Assembly (NCBI GenBank): GCA_963781585.1
Contig: CAWAGQ010000013.1
Location: 160,001 to 224,000, forward strand
From: an uncultured Gemmatimonadaceae bacterium
GTDB lineage: Bacteria > Gemmatimonadota > Gemmatimonadetes > Gemmatimonadales > Gemmatimonadaceae
Length of the DNA stretch: 64,000 bases
Reading direction: 5' to 3'
Positions 37,723 to 47,664 of this stretch are shown one piece after another. Each line of letters begins with the position of its first letter. Position 1 is the stretch's first letter. The notes beneath the pieces are model-generated. The model worked only from the letters and a program-made list of their open reading frames with translations. It was not told the origin of the DNA and did no database searches. The translations under genes and the position numbers were made by a program.

Positions 37723-38922
37723 TCAGATTCCCTCGAGCGAATACACCCGCACGTGCTCCACGTCGTCACTGTCCCGCCAGACGCCGTACACCCGGGATGC
37801 TGTGAAGGCGAGCGGACGGAGCCCCTCAGGCAGCGCGACGGCCACCGCGATGCGTGACCGCGAGTCCAGGCGTATCCAGAGATTCTCCGGCTGATCCAAC
37901 CCAGGATACACTTCGAGCCACAGTCGTCCCGCACCGTCGGTCTCGAACCGCCGATACGCGGGCCTGGTCCTGGGATACGGCATCTCGGAAACCATTCGCT
38001 CCCCGATGACCCGGTCTTCGCCCTGACTTCCTTCGAGCGATTTCTCCCGGAACGCATCCTTGTCGCGCGGCGTGACGGGAGAGACCTCACGCTGCAGGTG
38101 GTGGGTGCGGATCACGGCGCCATTCAGATCCCGCTCCTCGACCGACCAGTCGGTGCCATCGCCGTCGAGAATCGAGCGCGGGCCGGCGCGCACTGTCATC
38201 GCGCGGCCGAAGGCCAGATTCCAGTATGCCACGCCGCCCATCCGCGGCGTTGAGGCCTGGACGAAATGTTCGCTGTCGGGGAGGCGAAGCGGACCTCCCC
38301 CCCGGATCTCGCCGGTCGTGGAATAGCGATAGAGGCGTTGCCAGAATGTCACGGCGTCGGGCTGCGGAGCCATCGTCCTCACTTCCGAGTAGCCGATCAG
38401 CAGCGTGCCGTCCGTCAGCGCGATCATGTGCGTTGCCGAGCCACCGCCGTCGAACGGCGCCGTGATGGGGAATGAGCGGACGAAGCCGCCGTTGGGGCCG
38501 AGAATCGACAGCCGGCGCTCGGAAGGGTCGAAGACGGCGATCGAATCGTGAGGCAGGAAGCCGACCTCGCGCACGCCGCTATACTCCCCCGGGCCGTGCC
38601 CCTTGCGTCCCGCAGACGAGACAAAGTGCCCCGTCGCATCGAAGAACCGCAACTCGCTGGTCGCACCGTTCACTACGATGAATCCACCGTCGCCGCGCGG
38701 CAGGATGGTCACGATGCGGAGGAAGTCCATCGCGCCGCCGGCCGACCCGCCAAGGTCGAGCAGTGGCGCGTGCTGCGGAAGCGTACGGATCGTCGTGGGG
38801 TTCGCGTACTCCACGACGGTGCGCGCGGGCTGCGCGGCGATCGTGCAGATCCCGCTCGCGCACAGAATCCCGGGAAGGAACCTCAGCGACGGGATCGCCC
38901 GGTTGGATCGGAGCTGGCGCAC
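37723..38922 (-). CDS. Exported 6-bladed beta-propeller-like protein
   Basis: Signal peptide, ELRFFDATG...GRKGHGPGEY, DSIAVFD, DGAGRLW, DDVEHVRVY; AGGGGG RBS before the GTG. Confidence 0.75.
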   Translation of the reverse strand: MRQLRSNRAIPSLRFLPGILCASGICTIAAQPARTVVEYANPTTIRTLPQHAPLLDLGGSAGGAMDFLRIVTILPRGDGGFIVVNGATSELRFFDATGHFVSSAGRKGHGPGEYSGVREVGFLPHDSIAVFDPSERRLSILGPNGGFVRSFPITAPFDGGGSATHMIALTDGTLLIGYSEVRTMAPQPDAVTFWQRLYRYSTTGEIRGGGPLRLPDSEHFVQASTPRMGGVAYWNLAFGRAMTVRAGPRSILDGDGTDWSVEERDLNGAVIRTHHLQREVSPVTPRDKDAFREKSLEGSQGEDRVIGERMVSEMPYPRTRPAYRRFETDGAGRLWLEVYPGLDQPENLWIRLDSRSRIAVAVALPEGLRPLAFTASRVYGVWRDSDDVEHVRVYSLEGI

Positions 38923-39149
38923 TGTCCCCCCTTCAACGGTTCGTGACCGGGTGTAGCGCTCATCGTCAAAACGGAGAGTGGTCGCCGCCCTGACCTCCGC
39001 AATGGCGTTCAGGCTGTGTTCCTTCATGCACTCCGGATCATGGCGCATTCCGGGCCGGATGGCCAGCCACGCGGGCGCCGGGCTGTGGGTACCCAACGCC
39101 GGGCGCCGAATCGATCCGGCAGCACCTCCGCTCTGCGAACTGGCCGCCC

Positions 39150-40265
39150 TCAGCCAACGTCCTCCGCTGGCACCGGTGCCGTCTTCCCGGACTCGCCAAG
39201 CGCCATCGTCATCACGCGCTGCAGGACATCTTCGGCGCGCGCGACCCAGTCGCGGAACCACGCGTTGTCGATTCGCGCGGGGAGCGACGCCAGCCGATCG
39301 AGCTCGAATCGATCAGCGCTCATGGCGAGGCCCGCCTGCACGGCATCGCGCGCATTCCACCGCTGTTCGGCGTGACGCTCGACAGGCACGACGAACAACG
39401 GCTTGCCGAGCCAGGCCGCTTCCGAGACCGACTCGAAACCAGCGGTCGTCGCCACGCCCCGGCATCCTGCCATGAACCGGAGGAACTTCTCACCCGACAG
39501 TCGGTGAAAGGTGAGGGTCGGCGCCGCCTGCTCCACTTCCGGTGCCCCGGGCAGGTCGTAGAAACAGTGCAGCTCCACTTCGGGATGCGCGCGATGCCAG
39601 CGGCGCACATCCTCGTGGTATCCGTGATTCACCAGGTAGACGAGGAAGTAGTCACCCTGCGTTGGCGTCAAGTCGAAGAGCTCACGACGGAGCAGGGGAG
39701 GGCCGACGATAACGTGTCGTCCGGGCTGATCAGGCGCCGGGTAGAGCGAAAGCGCGAGCTTCCACGAACGGCAGCCGACCAGGTCGGCGAACAGCCGGAG
39801 TGACCATTGGTCCGCACGCGCGGAGAAGGGCGCGCGATGCGCAGGATGCCCGATCATGTGCTGATGGGCGATCGAGATCACCGGAACGCCAAGCGGTGAA
39901 AAGAACTGCGCGAGTCCGGTGAGCGGCTCGAGGAAGTTGAAGATCAGGTCGGGGCGGGCGTCGGCGACCGCCGCCCGCAGACTCGTCAGGCTCCGGCGCC
40001 AGGTCCGGTGCGCGGCCAGCGCGCGCCACGCCGTTGCCGCCATGTTGACGGAGCGGCCGGCGCGCACTGCGAAGCCGGGGCTCGGCAGTTCCACGATCGG
40101 AGCGGACAGGCCCTGCACGACGTATTCGGGAAGAGCCCGCGATCCGTTGCGGCCGATGACGACGCGGACGACCTCATGCGCCGACCGGGACAGGATCTGG
40201 CGCACGGCGAGCGCCTGCGTCATGTGGCCCCGCCCTTCGCCCTGTACTGTGAACAGGACTCTCAT
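39150..40265 (-). CDS. GT-B glycosyltransferase (MJ1255/VC2487-like)
   Basis: VQGEGRGH, NFLEP, TTAGFESVSEA, HAEQRWNA. Confidence 0.85.
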   Translation of the reverse strand: MRVLFTVQGEGRGHMTQALAVRQILSRSAHEVVRVVIGRNGSRALPEYVVQGLSAPIVELPSPGFAVRAGRSVNMAATAWRALAAHRTWRRSLTSLRAAVADARPDLIFNFLEPLTGLAQFFSPLGVPVISIAHQHMIGHPAHRAPFSARADQWSLRLFADLVGCRSWKLALSLYPAPDQPGRHVIVGPPLLRRELFDLTPTQGDYFLVYLVNHGYHEDVRRWHRAHPEVELHCFYDLPGAPEVEQAAPTLTFHRLSGEKFLRFMAGCRGVATTAGFESVSEAAWLGKPLFVVPVERHAEQRWNARDAVQAGLAMSADRFELDRLASLPARIDNAWFRDWVARAEDVLQRVMTMALGESGKTAPVPAEDVG

Positions 40266-40660
40266 TGAAGTGGATGAGGCGGAAGTGACCGCGATCGTCT
40301 TCGACCAGCGCCGTACAGCTCTCCACCCAGTCGCCGCAGTTCATGTACTCGAGCGAACCGATGCGACGGATCTCGGCGCGATGGATGTGCCCACAGATGA
40401 TGCCGTGCACGCCGCGCGCCTCGGCGAGCCGGGTCATGGCGTTCTCGTAGCGGGTAATGTACTGGACCGCCTGCTTGGCGCGCCCCTTGAGGTACGCAGC
40501 GACCGACCAGTATCCGAGGCCGAATCGACGGCGCAGGCGGTTGAGCCAGAGGTTGAGGTTGAGGATGACGCTGTAGAGGTGGGATCCGACGTGCTCGAGC
40601 GAGCGATTGAAGTGGGTGAGGCCGTCGAACTGGTGCCCGTGGACCACGAGGTAGCTCCGG
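40174..40660 (-). pseudogene. C-terminal half of an LpxH-like metallophosphoesterase
   Basis: YLVVHGHQFD, ICGHIH and NCGDWVESCTALVE are present; the N-terminal DxH/GD/GNHD motifs are absent and a different ORF sits upstream. Confidence 0.75.
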
Positions 40661-40963
40661 TCAGTCGGCGTCGACGATCCATCGGCGCGGTTCCTCGAGG
40701 ACGCGGGCGTCCAGATAATAGTGTCCAGGAGTCGTCTGCCGGATCACACGACGCCGCATCAGCCGGAGAAACGCCTCCTCCTCGGCCTTCGAGTGCGGGT
40801 GGAACCGCTGTGCTGTGGACGGACTGACCGCGCCGGCATCGCGGAACGCGTTGATCAGACCGGCCGCAGTGGGTGCAAACCACCGGACCAGCACGCGTCC
40901 CCCGGGGGGCCATTCGGTGGCGAGCGTACGAAGGAATTCCTGGATCGCGTTGCCAAGTGCCAT
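40661..40963 (-). CDS. Small hypothetical protein, possibly winged-helix-like
   Basis: LINAFRDAGAVSPSTA...FLRLMRRRVIRQTTPGHYYLD. Start uncertain (up to 41029). Confidence 0.55.
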   Translation of the reverse strand: MALGNAIQEFLRTLATEWPPGGRVLVRWFAPTAAGLINAFRDAGAVSPSTAQRFHPHSKAEEEAFLRLMRRRVIRQTTPGHYYLDARVLEEPRRWIVDAD

Positions 40964-41108
40964 GACGAGATCCCTGGCGTACTCGTGCGTAATCGGCGCC
41001 CGATTGCGGGCGGTCGGCTGCCGGCGCAACCTTAGCTTGTCGATGGTGGACCCGATCGCACAAGGCGCAGTTCAGTCACGCGCGCGAGCGCCAGCCAGGA
41101 GCATCACC

Positions 41109-41621
41109 ATGAACCCCTCGCGAACGATGGCGGCCCTTCTGGTGGCTATCGCACCACTGGCGCCCGGGCGCGCAGCGCGGAGCCAGGCGACCTCCACCGC
41201 GAAGGTCTGTGGGCTGTTGCCAATGGCCGCGATTGAATCCCACTTCGGGCAGAAGGCGAGCTCGGTCCGGGGATCGGATACGCCATCGGTCTCGATGTGC
41301 GCGGTGGACATTCAGGATCGTCGACACGGCGTGAACCTGATCAGCCAGCGCGAAGGCCCCGTCTCGGTGACCGTCCAGCAGCGCCTTGCCGCGATCAAGC
41401 CGGTGCTGGACAAGAAGGGAGCCAAGGTCCAGGACTTCGGCGACGCGGCATGTTACGACGACGATCTCGAGATGGGCGATAACACGAAGCTGCCCGCGGT
41501 CACGTGCTTCCTCGACAAGGGGGGCTATCTGAGTCTCACCGCGCGGAGCGATGATCGCACACAACTCTCGTTCGATGCCGTGAAGGATCTCCTGGAAAAG
41601 ACGGCTGCCAGGCGCAAATAG
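41109..41621 (+). CDS. Exported hypothetical protein (DUF3558-like Cys pattern)
   Basis: AGGAG RBS, signal peptide, VCGLLP...MC...FGDAAC, C-terminal helix LLEKTAAR. Confidence 0.65.
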   Translation: MNPSRTMAALLVAIAPLAPGRAARSQATSTAKVCGLLPMAAIESHFGQKASSVRGSDTPSVSMCAVDIQDRRHGVNLISQREGPVSVTVQQRLAAIKPVLDKKGAKVQDFGDAACYDDDLEMGDNTKLPAVTCFLDKGGYLSLTARSDDRTQLSFDAVKDLLEKTAARRK

Positions 41622-41669
41622 GGATTCGCGGCCCGCGGTCAGGCATCGATGGGAGCGATCGGCGATCGC

Positions 41670-41735
41670 CGGTCAGCGGTCAGTTGTCAGTCCACGGCAG
41701 GCAGTTATCAGGGTGCAGCAGTCAGCGATCAGCCG
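41670..41735. repeat. Degenerate TCAG-type heptamer array between convergent genes
   Basis: GGTCAGC GGTCAGT TGTCAGT ... TATCAGG GTGCAGC AGTCAGC GATCAGC. Confidence 0.65.
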
Positions 41736-41746
41736 CCGGCGGGTGC

Positions 41747-42259
41747 CTAACGCTGCGCGTCGGTGCGGGGCCTCGACACCTGGCGGATCGCCAGCGCCAC
41801 GACCGCCGCCAGCAGCCCCAGCCCCACCGCGGCCGCAGCGCGGTGGGTGCCGCCGGGCGTCCCCAGGCCGAGAAGCCCATCCAGCGAGTAGTCGCCCGGG
41901 CCCGTGAAGGCGATCATCAGCGCGCCCATCGCATACAGCAGCGGAATCTCGACGCCATTCTTCGCAGCGAAGAAGCCGTTGCGCACGTGAACCGTCACCG
42001 CGGCCACGATCATCACCGCGATCATGATCGCCGGCCCCACCGGTCCCAGGAGCCCCAGGGCCACCAGCAGTCCCCCCGATGTCTCGGCCAGGGCCAGCGT
42101 CAGGGCAAAGAACCGTTTCCACGGGAAGCCGAGCTTCACTATGAACTCGCCGGTGCCGGCGAGACCGTGGCCACCGTACCACCCGAACAGTTTCTGCGCA
42201 CCGTGGGCGGCCAGCCCGAGGCCGAAGTAGAGCCGCGCGATCAGGAGAGCGACGCTCAT
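41747..42259 (-). CDS. DoxX-family membrane protein
   Basis: LLIARL..GL.LAAHGAQKLFGW, AETSGG, VH..NGFF..KNGVE, GPGDYSLD. Confidence 0.9.
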   Translation of the reverse strand: MSVALLIARLYFGLGLAAHGAQKLFGWYGGHGLAGTGEFIVKLGFPWKRFFALTLALAETSGGLLVALGLLGPVGPAIMIAVMIVAAVTVHVRNGFFAAKNGVEIPLLYAMGALMIAFTGPGDYSLDGLLGLGTPGGTHRAAAAVGLGLLAAVVALAIRQVSRPRTDAQR

Positions 42260-43023
42260 GGTACCGTGATCCGACCCGACTTGTGCGCCACCCGCGTGCC
42301 GGCGGGCACGCCGGCCGGGATCTCGCCGTTGAATTCCTGGCGGGCGAGGATTTCGAGCATCGCCTGGCAGCTCGCGCGCGACGCGGCGCGGCCCCTCTCG
42401 ATTGCCTCGAGGAGCGCCGCGAGATCGGGCGCCGACGTCAGGTTGTTGAGACCGCGCTGAAACGCCTTCGCGTCCTCGACCCCGCGCAGTACCCGCATGT
42501 GCCTCGCGCCTAACGCGCCGGCAGTGGAGTCGGCGGCGCGCGCGCCCACCAGCGCAATCACGCTGTTGGTGGCGAGGTTGCTCGACCGCGTGATCATGCG
42601 CTCCACCAGTTCACGCACCGGCACCCGCCGCCCGACCATCGCATAGAGCGAACTGTCGGAGTCGTCACCGGGGCTCAGCGAGAACGCGGAACCGTCGGCC
42701 AGCGAGGCGAACTGGTTCACCAGCAATACGTCCTGCCCGGGACCGAGCCGCCCGGCGTCGATGGACCGGAAGTACTCGATCAGGACCGGCACCTTCATGG
42801 TGCTGGCAGCGTGAAAGACGCTGTCGGGATTGATGACGAGGGACGCGCCGGTGGCCAGATCGCGATATGCCACCGCGACAGTGGCCCCCGGCACATCGGC
42901 GATGCGATGCAGCACACTGGCGCGCAGGCCACTGGTGTCCGGCTGCGCCACAGCCGGCGTGGCGGCCAAAACCACGGGCCAGAATGCGCAGATCATGCGG
43001 CGACCAATGTCCGCGAAGGCCAT
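42256..43023 (-). pseudogene. Class A beta-lactamase-like serine hydrolase, C-terminally truncated
   Basis: Signal peptide, AASTMK (SxxK), RSSN, HKSG; the ORF stops 5 residues after KSG, so the final strands and helix are missing. Confidence 0.7.
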
Positions 43024-43143
43024 GGCTGAATAAAGGGGCGCCGACCACCCAACGGCAATTGTCGCCGCCGGCGTTGCCCGAGTCCCGCTGGATCGTGTCT
43101 CATGGCAGGCACCTTCCCCACACGCCCCGGGACCGGTCCGGCC

Positions 43144-43608
43144 ATGACGTCCCCGAATTTCGCCGACAAGTCCGACTCCGTTGCTCCCGGCCCAGGCAGC
43201 GCCGAGGCAAAGCGCGAGCGCCTGCGCTTCAGCTCCTTCGCATTCAAGCGCTCGCCGTCGGCGTTCTGCATCGCCGAGGTCGAGCTGGAATGGACCGATG
43301 GCGAGCGGTACAACGGTCGCGCGGAGGGGGTGACGAGCCCGTACAGCGACCTCCGGCTCGCGTCCGAGGCGACCCTGCGCGCGATTGCGGCCTTTGCCCA
43401 CGGGGAAATCTCTTTCGAGTTGATCGGTGTCAAAGCACTGAGGGCCTTCGACGCGAACGTCGTCATCGTGAGTGTCCTCGCCCGGCGCGCCAGCGGGGAC
43501 CGGCGGCTGCTGGGGTGTCACCTGGCGGACGAAGACTCGTTGCGGAGCGCCGTGCTGGCCACCCTGCAGGCCACAAACCGGATCATCGAGACCGTCGTCG
43601 GGGATTGA
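43144..43608 (+). CDS. Hypothetical protein
   Basis: Alpha/beta pattern (AEVELEW...LASEATLRAI...VLATLQATNR) with host-like codon usage. Confidence 0.7.
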   Translation: MTSPNFADKSDSVAPGPGSAEAKRERLRFSSFAFKRSPSAFCIAEVELEWTDGERYNGRAEGVTSPYSDLRLASEATLRAIAAFAHGEISFELIGVKALRAFDANVVIVSVLARRASGDRRLLGCHLADEDSLRSAVLATLQATNRIIETVVGD

Positions 43609-43707
43609 CGGCTCGGTCCGGGTTACCAATTCCCGGATCGCGAGTATTATGGGACCTTCACACCTGCTCGTCCGCCAAGGGAGGATCGTATCGCCTCTTT
43701 AGCGCGT

Positions 43708-45216
43708 GTGGCCCGTCATGCGATTCTGGTCGCCACCGTGTCGGCGTGCGCAAAGTCGGCGCTACCCGACGCCGCCCCCGTGCCATTCCCGATCGGAAGG
43801 GGCATTGAGGGACGCGAAGGCGCTTCGCGACTGAACAGCGGCGCCCTGAAGGGCGATGCCCCCCGGCCCTCGGCGGACTCCATCGCGGCCGCTCTGTCGC
43901 TCGCCGGTGATCCCGCCACCGTGACCAGCGACGACACGACGTCGGTGGGCCCGGCGGCGGTGATCGCGCCCAAGGGACTGCCGGCCGGGTCGGAAGTGAG
44001 CTGGGACATCGACGTGGCGTCGTATGTGACCCACGATCGCGTCGAGTACTACGTGGATCGATTCACCGGCGAGGCGCGCGACCGGGTGGTGGCGTGGCTG
44101 GACCGCGGCCTGCGCTACGAGCCGATGATCCGCTCCACCTTCCGCGCGGCCGGCATTCCGGAAGACATGTACTACCTGGGACTCGTCGAGAGCGGCTACG
44201 ATCCCCATGCGTATTCGAGGGCGGCTGCCGTGGGGATCTGGCAGTTCATGACGTCGACCGCGAAGGGGATGGGGCTACGGGTGGACTGGTGGATCGATGA
44301 GCGACGCGATCCCGTGAAATCCACAGTGGCGGCTGCGCGATTTCTCTCCGGGTTGCGGGAGCAATTCGGCTCGCTGTACCTGGCGGCCGCCGCGTACAAC
44401 GGAGGCCCGGCGCGCGTGTCGCGCGGCCTCACCCGGTATGCCGGCGCGATGGAAGACGCCGACGGCGACGATCGCTTCTTCGTCCTGGCCGACCGCCGAG
44501 CGTTGCGCAGCGAGACGTCGAACTACATACCGCAGCTCATTGCGGCCGCCCTGATCGGCAAGAATCCGAGTCACTACGGCATCACGCTCGATTCGGTGGC
44601 GCCGTTCGCGTACGACTCGGTACGGGTACCTCCGGCCACGCCGCTCGCGGTCGTGGCTCGGGCTGCCGCCGTCGACCTGAAGGCTGTCCGCGACCTCAAC
44701 CCGCAGATCCTCCGGGGCATGACGCCACCGGTGGACTCGGCGGTCGTGCGGGTGCCGGCGGGATCGGCCGCCGTCTTCGAAAGCGGGTTTGCGCTGATCA
44801 GCGACTCCGAGCGCGTCGCGTTCCATCGGGTCACGGTGAAGAAGGGAGCCACGGTCGCAGGCGAAGCGAAGATGGCCGGGCTCTCGGTCTCCCAGTTGCG
44901 ATGGTACAACCCCAAGCTCCCCGGCACGAAGAGCGGCCGTTTGTCTGCGGGCCAGACGATTCTGGTGCCCGAAGCGAATGTGGTGGCGGCGGCGTTCGAC
45001 GTCCCGGATCCGGCAGTCGAGCGCTATGGGGGAGCGTCACCCGGCGGCATACACATCGTGCGACACGGCGAGACCCTGTCGGGGATCGCCGTGGCCAATC
45101 ACACGACGGTCGCGACCCTGATGCGGCTCAACGGCCTGCAAAAGAGCCTCATCCATCCGGGTCAGGCGATCGCGGTGCGCACGGGCCTCAGGCGGAGCGC
45201 GAAGAAGAAGAGCTGA
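43708..45216 (+). CDS. MltD-like lytic transglycosylase with LysM domains
   Basis: GLVESG, SRAAAVGIWQFM, DERRDP, AAYNGG, ETSNY, LysM HIVRHGETLSGIA. Confidence 0.88.
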   Translation: MARHAILVATVSACAKSALPDAAPVPFPIGRGIEGREGASRLNSGALKGDAPRPSADSIAAALSLAGDPATVTSDDTTSVGPAAVIAPKGLPAGSEVSWDIDVASYVTHDRVEYYVDRFTGEARDRVVAWLDRGLRYEPMIRSTFRAAGIPEDMYYLGLVESGYDPHAYSRAAAVGIWQFMTSTAKGMGLRVDWWIDERRDPVKSTVAAARFLSGLREQFGSLYLAAAAYNGGPARVSRGLTRYAGAMEDADGDDRFFVLADRRALRSETSNYIPQLIAAALIGKNPSHYGITLDSVAPFAYDSVRVPPATPLAVVARAAAVDLKAVRDLNPQILRGMTPPVDSAVVRVPAGSAAVFESGFALISDSERVAFHRVTVKKGATVAGEAKMAGLSVSQLRWYNPKLPGTKSGRLSAGQTILVPEANVVAAAFDVPDPAVERYGGASPGGIHIVRHGETLSGIAVANHTTVATLMRLNGLQKSLIHPGQAIAVRTGLRRSAKKKS

Positions 45217-45217
45217 A

Positions 45218-45252
45218 GGACAGCGATCAGCCAGCAGCGATCAGCTGACCGC
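45218..45252. repeat. Short TCAG-type heptamer array between convergent genes
   Basis: GGACAGC GATCAGC CAGCAGC GATCAGC. Confidence 0.55.
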
Positions 45253-45256
45253 CCTG

Positions 45257-45943
45257 CTACTCGAGAATCCCCTTCCCCGTGTAGCCGCGCAACACGATCC
45301 GGTCGTAGCCGTTCGACGGATCGAGTCCGAGTTCCACGGCCGCGCTCACGGCCTCCGGCCCCCGATTGTAGACCAGCAGCGCGAGCTGAACGCTCCCGTA
45401 CTGCTTGATCAGGTCGTGCAGGTAGTGGAACCCGATCCTGAGGTTGAGCTCGCGGTCGTACAGTGCCTCGCGCGTGACGCTGGGCACATAGCCGCGTGCC
45501 GTGCCGAGCATCAACTGGGTGAGACCGATGGCGCCCACCGGGCTGGTTGCGCGCTCCTTGAACTCGCTCTCGAGCCGGACCAGCGGAAAGGCCAGGGCCG
45601 GATCGATCGCGGCGGCACGGGCGGCGTCGTACACCGCCGTGGAGAGCTCAGAAGGAATGCGATACCGGCGCGAATACTCGAGGATCCGATTCAGCCGCTC
45701 GATCTGGGCGCCCGCGACGCGCATTTCGTCGTGCATCGATCTGGCGCCCAGCTGGCTCTCGGATGGGGGGACGTAGGCCGATGCGGCGCCGAGCGCCTCG
45801 GCGTTGGCCTCGCTGGGGGCGAGGCTCCGGATGGCAAAGTCCCCGGCCGCGACCAGACCAGCGAGAAGCAGCACCATGCGGACGCGCCGACGTCGGCGTT
45901 CCTCATCTCCCCGGTGGACATAGGTTCCGCGCAGATCCTTCAT
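45257..45943 (-). CDS. SLT-domain lytic transglycosylase with N-terminal anchor
   Basis: VRLESEF, SPVGAIGLTQL, ALLVYNRGP. Confidence 0.85.
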   Translation of the reverse strand: MKDLRGTYVHRGDEERRRRRVRMVLLLAGLVAAGDFAIRSLAPSEANAEALGAASAYVPPSESQLGARSMHDEMRVAGAQIERLNRILEYSRRYRIPSELSTAVYDAARAAAIDPALAFPLVRLESEFKERATSPVGAIGLTQLMLGTARGYVPSVTREALYDRELNLRIGFHYLHDLIKQYGSVQLALLVYNRGPEAVSAAVELGLDPSNGYDRIVLRGYTGKGILE

Positions 45944-46020
45944 GTGAACCTCTATAGAACTGCAAACGCGGTTCTACCACAGGCAGGACCGCGTTTGACG
46001 GTTGTGAACGCGCCGGCTCC

Positions 46021-46497
46021 CTAACCCCGAACCCAATCCCCGCTTTTTCCGCCGCGTTTTTCGTTGAGACGAATCTCGCCGATTTCCAGTGCATTATCTA
46101 CGCCCTTGACCATATCCCAGATCGTGACAAGGGTCACACTGACGGCAACAATTGCCTCCATCTCGACGCCGGTTTGTGCTGTCGTTTTGGCGGTCGCGCT
46201 GACGCGTACCGCGGGCGGCGCATCTTCGAGCACCATCGTTAGGTCGATGTCGGTCAGGGCGATCGGATGGCAGAGGGGGACCAGTTCGGCGGTGCGTTTG
46301 GCGGCCAGGATGCCGGCGACCCTGGCGACCGAGAGCACATCCCCCTTGGCGATGGCGTTGGCGCGGATGGCGGCGAGGGTCGCGGCCTGCATGCGAATGA
46401 CGCCGCTGGCGCGGGAGAGCCGGTGGGTGACCGGTTTGGCCGACACGTCCACCATCCGCGCCCGGCCGGCGTCGTCGGAATGCGTCAGGTCCGGCAT
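46021..46497 (-). CDS. moaC: Cyclic pyranopterin monophosphate synthase
   Basis: LTH..GRARMVDVSAK, KGDVL, AAKRT..LVPLCH, TGVEMEA, DMVK, KRGGKSG. Confidence 0.95.
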   Translation of the reverse strand: MPDLTHSDDAGRARMVDVSAKPVTHRLSRASGVIRMQAATLAAIRANAIAKGDVLSVARVAGILAAKRTAELVPLCHPIALTDIDLTMVLEDAPPAVRVSATAKTTAQTGVEMEAIVAVSVTLVTIWDMVKGVDNALEIGEIRLNEKRGGKSGDWVRG

Positions 46498-46518
46498 GAG
46501 CGCGGATGGCGCGAATCG

Positions 46519-47652
46519 TTAGGCAAGCGTGGCCGCCAGATGGCGCAGGAGGTCGGCGGTGATCAGTTGCGGACTCACGTTTCCGTCGGCCAGCAGTTTG
46601 GCATCCTCCACCAGGTCGATCGCCTGGCTGGCAGCGAGCGCCTGGCGCGCATTCCCGTGCTCGGCCCCCCCGCGCATCCGCTCCCGGAGGGCCAGGGTGA
46701 GGGCGTCGAGGAGATCGGAGAAGGCGCCGCGAGCGCCCCGGTGTCCCTGCAGGAACGCCAGGCGCCACAGTTCGGAGCGACGGCCCGCCACGGCGGCGTC
46801 GAGCAGGCGCTTTGCTTCGTCCACCGCGGGCTGGCGCACGCCGGATGACAGCAGCACTCCGGGGGCCCCTTCGGCGAGGTCGAGCCGGACCCTCTCCGGC
46901 TTCGGCACGCCGAGTTTGTCGAGTGCGGCGGATACGGCGGGATTGCGCAGAAACGCGCGCATCGCGGCTTCGGGAAGCCGTGGCACCCGCACGGTCACCA
47001 CGCGCGAGCGGATCGTGGGGAGCAGCGCGCCCACGGCGCTGCTGGTGGCGATGATCCAGGTGTCCGCCAGCGGTTCCTCGAGAAGCTTGAGCAGCGCGTT
47101 GGCGGCGAACTCCTGTCCCTCCACCGGCACCATCCGGTCCGCATCGCCGATGACGAACACCTTGCGCGCGGCCAGCGCCGGGGTGAGCGCGGCGCGCCGG
47201 AGAACGTGGCGCACGGTCGCCACGTAGATCCCCTCGGAGCCCGGGGGCGCCGCGTAGAGGCCATGCGCCTCGGCGCGCTCGAGCGCGGCGGTGGCGAGAT
47301 CGCTCTTGACGTCGTCGATGGCGAGGTCCGAGTCCTTCGGCCGCGGTCGCGGGAAGATCCACGTGAGATCGGGATGGACCAGCCCGATCACGTAGCGGCA
47401 GTGCTTGCAGGCTCCGCACGGCGGCTCCGGCTCGCGGCAGAGCAGGGCCTGCGCGACAAGCAGGGCCAGTCGCTGCTTTCCCACACCCTGCGGTCCGTGG
47501 AGGAGGAGACTCTGCGGCAACGAACCCGCGCGGACGGCGCGCAGCAGGCGTTCGCGCAGTTCCTCGTGCCCGAAGAGCGGAATGATGGTCCTGGCGGGCG
47601 GTGTCGCGTCAGGCAAGGGAGCGGGACTCCAGTCGGTGCAGGGCTCTGCCAT
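46519..47652 (-). CDS. holB: DNA polymerase III delta' subunit
   Basis: GPQGVGK, CGACKHC..HPDL, AANALLKLLEEP, LLPTIRSR. Confidence 0.88.
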   Translation of the reverse strand: MAEPCTDWSPAPLPDATPPARTIIPLFGHEELRERLLRAVRAGSLPQSLLLHGPQGVGKQRLALLVAQALLCREPEPPCGACKHCRYVIGLVHPDLTWIFPRPRPKDSDLAIDDVKSDLATAALERAEAHGLYAAPPGSEGIYVATVRHVLRRAALTPALAARKVFVIGDADRMVPVEGQEFAANALLKLLEEPLADTWIIATSSAVGALLPTIRSRVVTVRVPRLPEAAMRAFLRNPAVSAALDKLGVPKPERVRLDLAEGAPGVLLSSGVRQPAVDEAKRLLDAAVAGRRSELWRLAFLQGHRGARGAFSDLLDALTLALRERMRGGAEHGNARQALAASQAIDLVEDAKLLADGNVSPQLITADLLRHLAATLA

Positions 47653-47664
47653 CCAGGACGCAAG

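Noticed and set aside
36837..43023. Integrative element at tRNA-Lys
   Set aside because: No integrase and no duplicated tRNA 3' end seen in the window; the GTTCGAGTCCC at about 37634 lacks tRNA arms.
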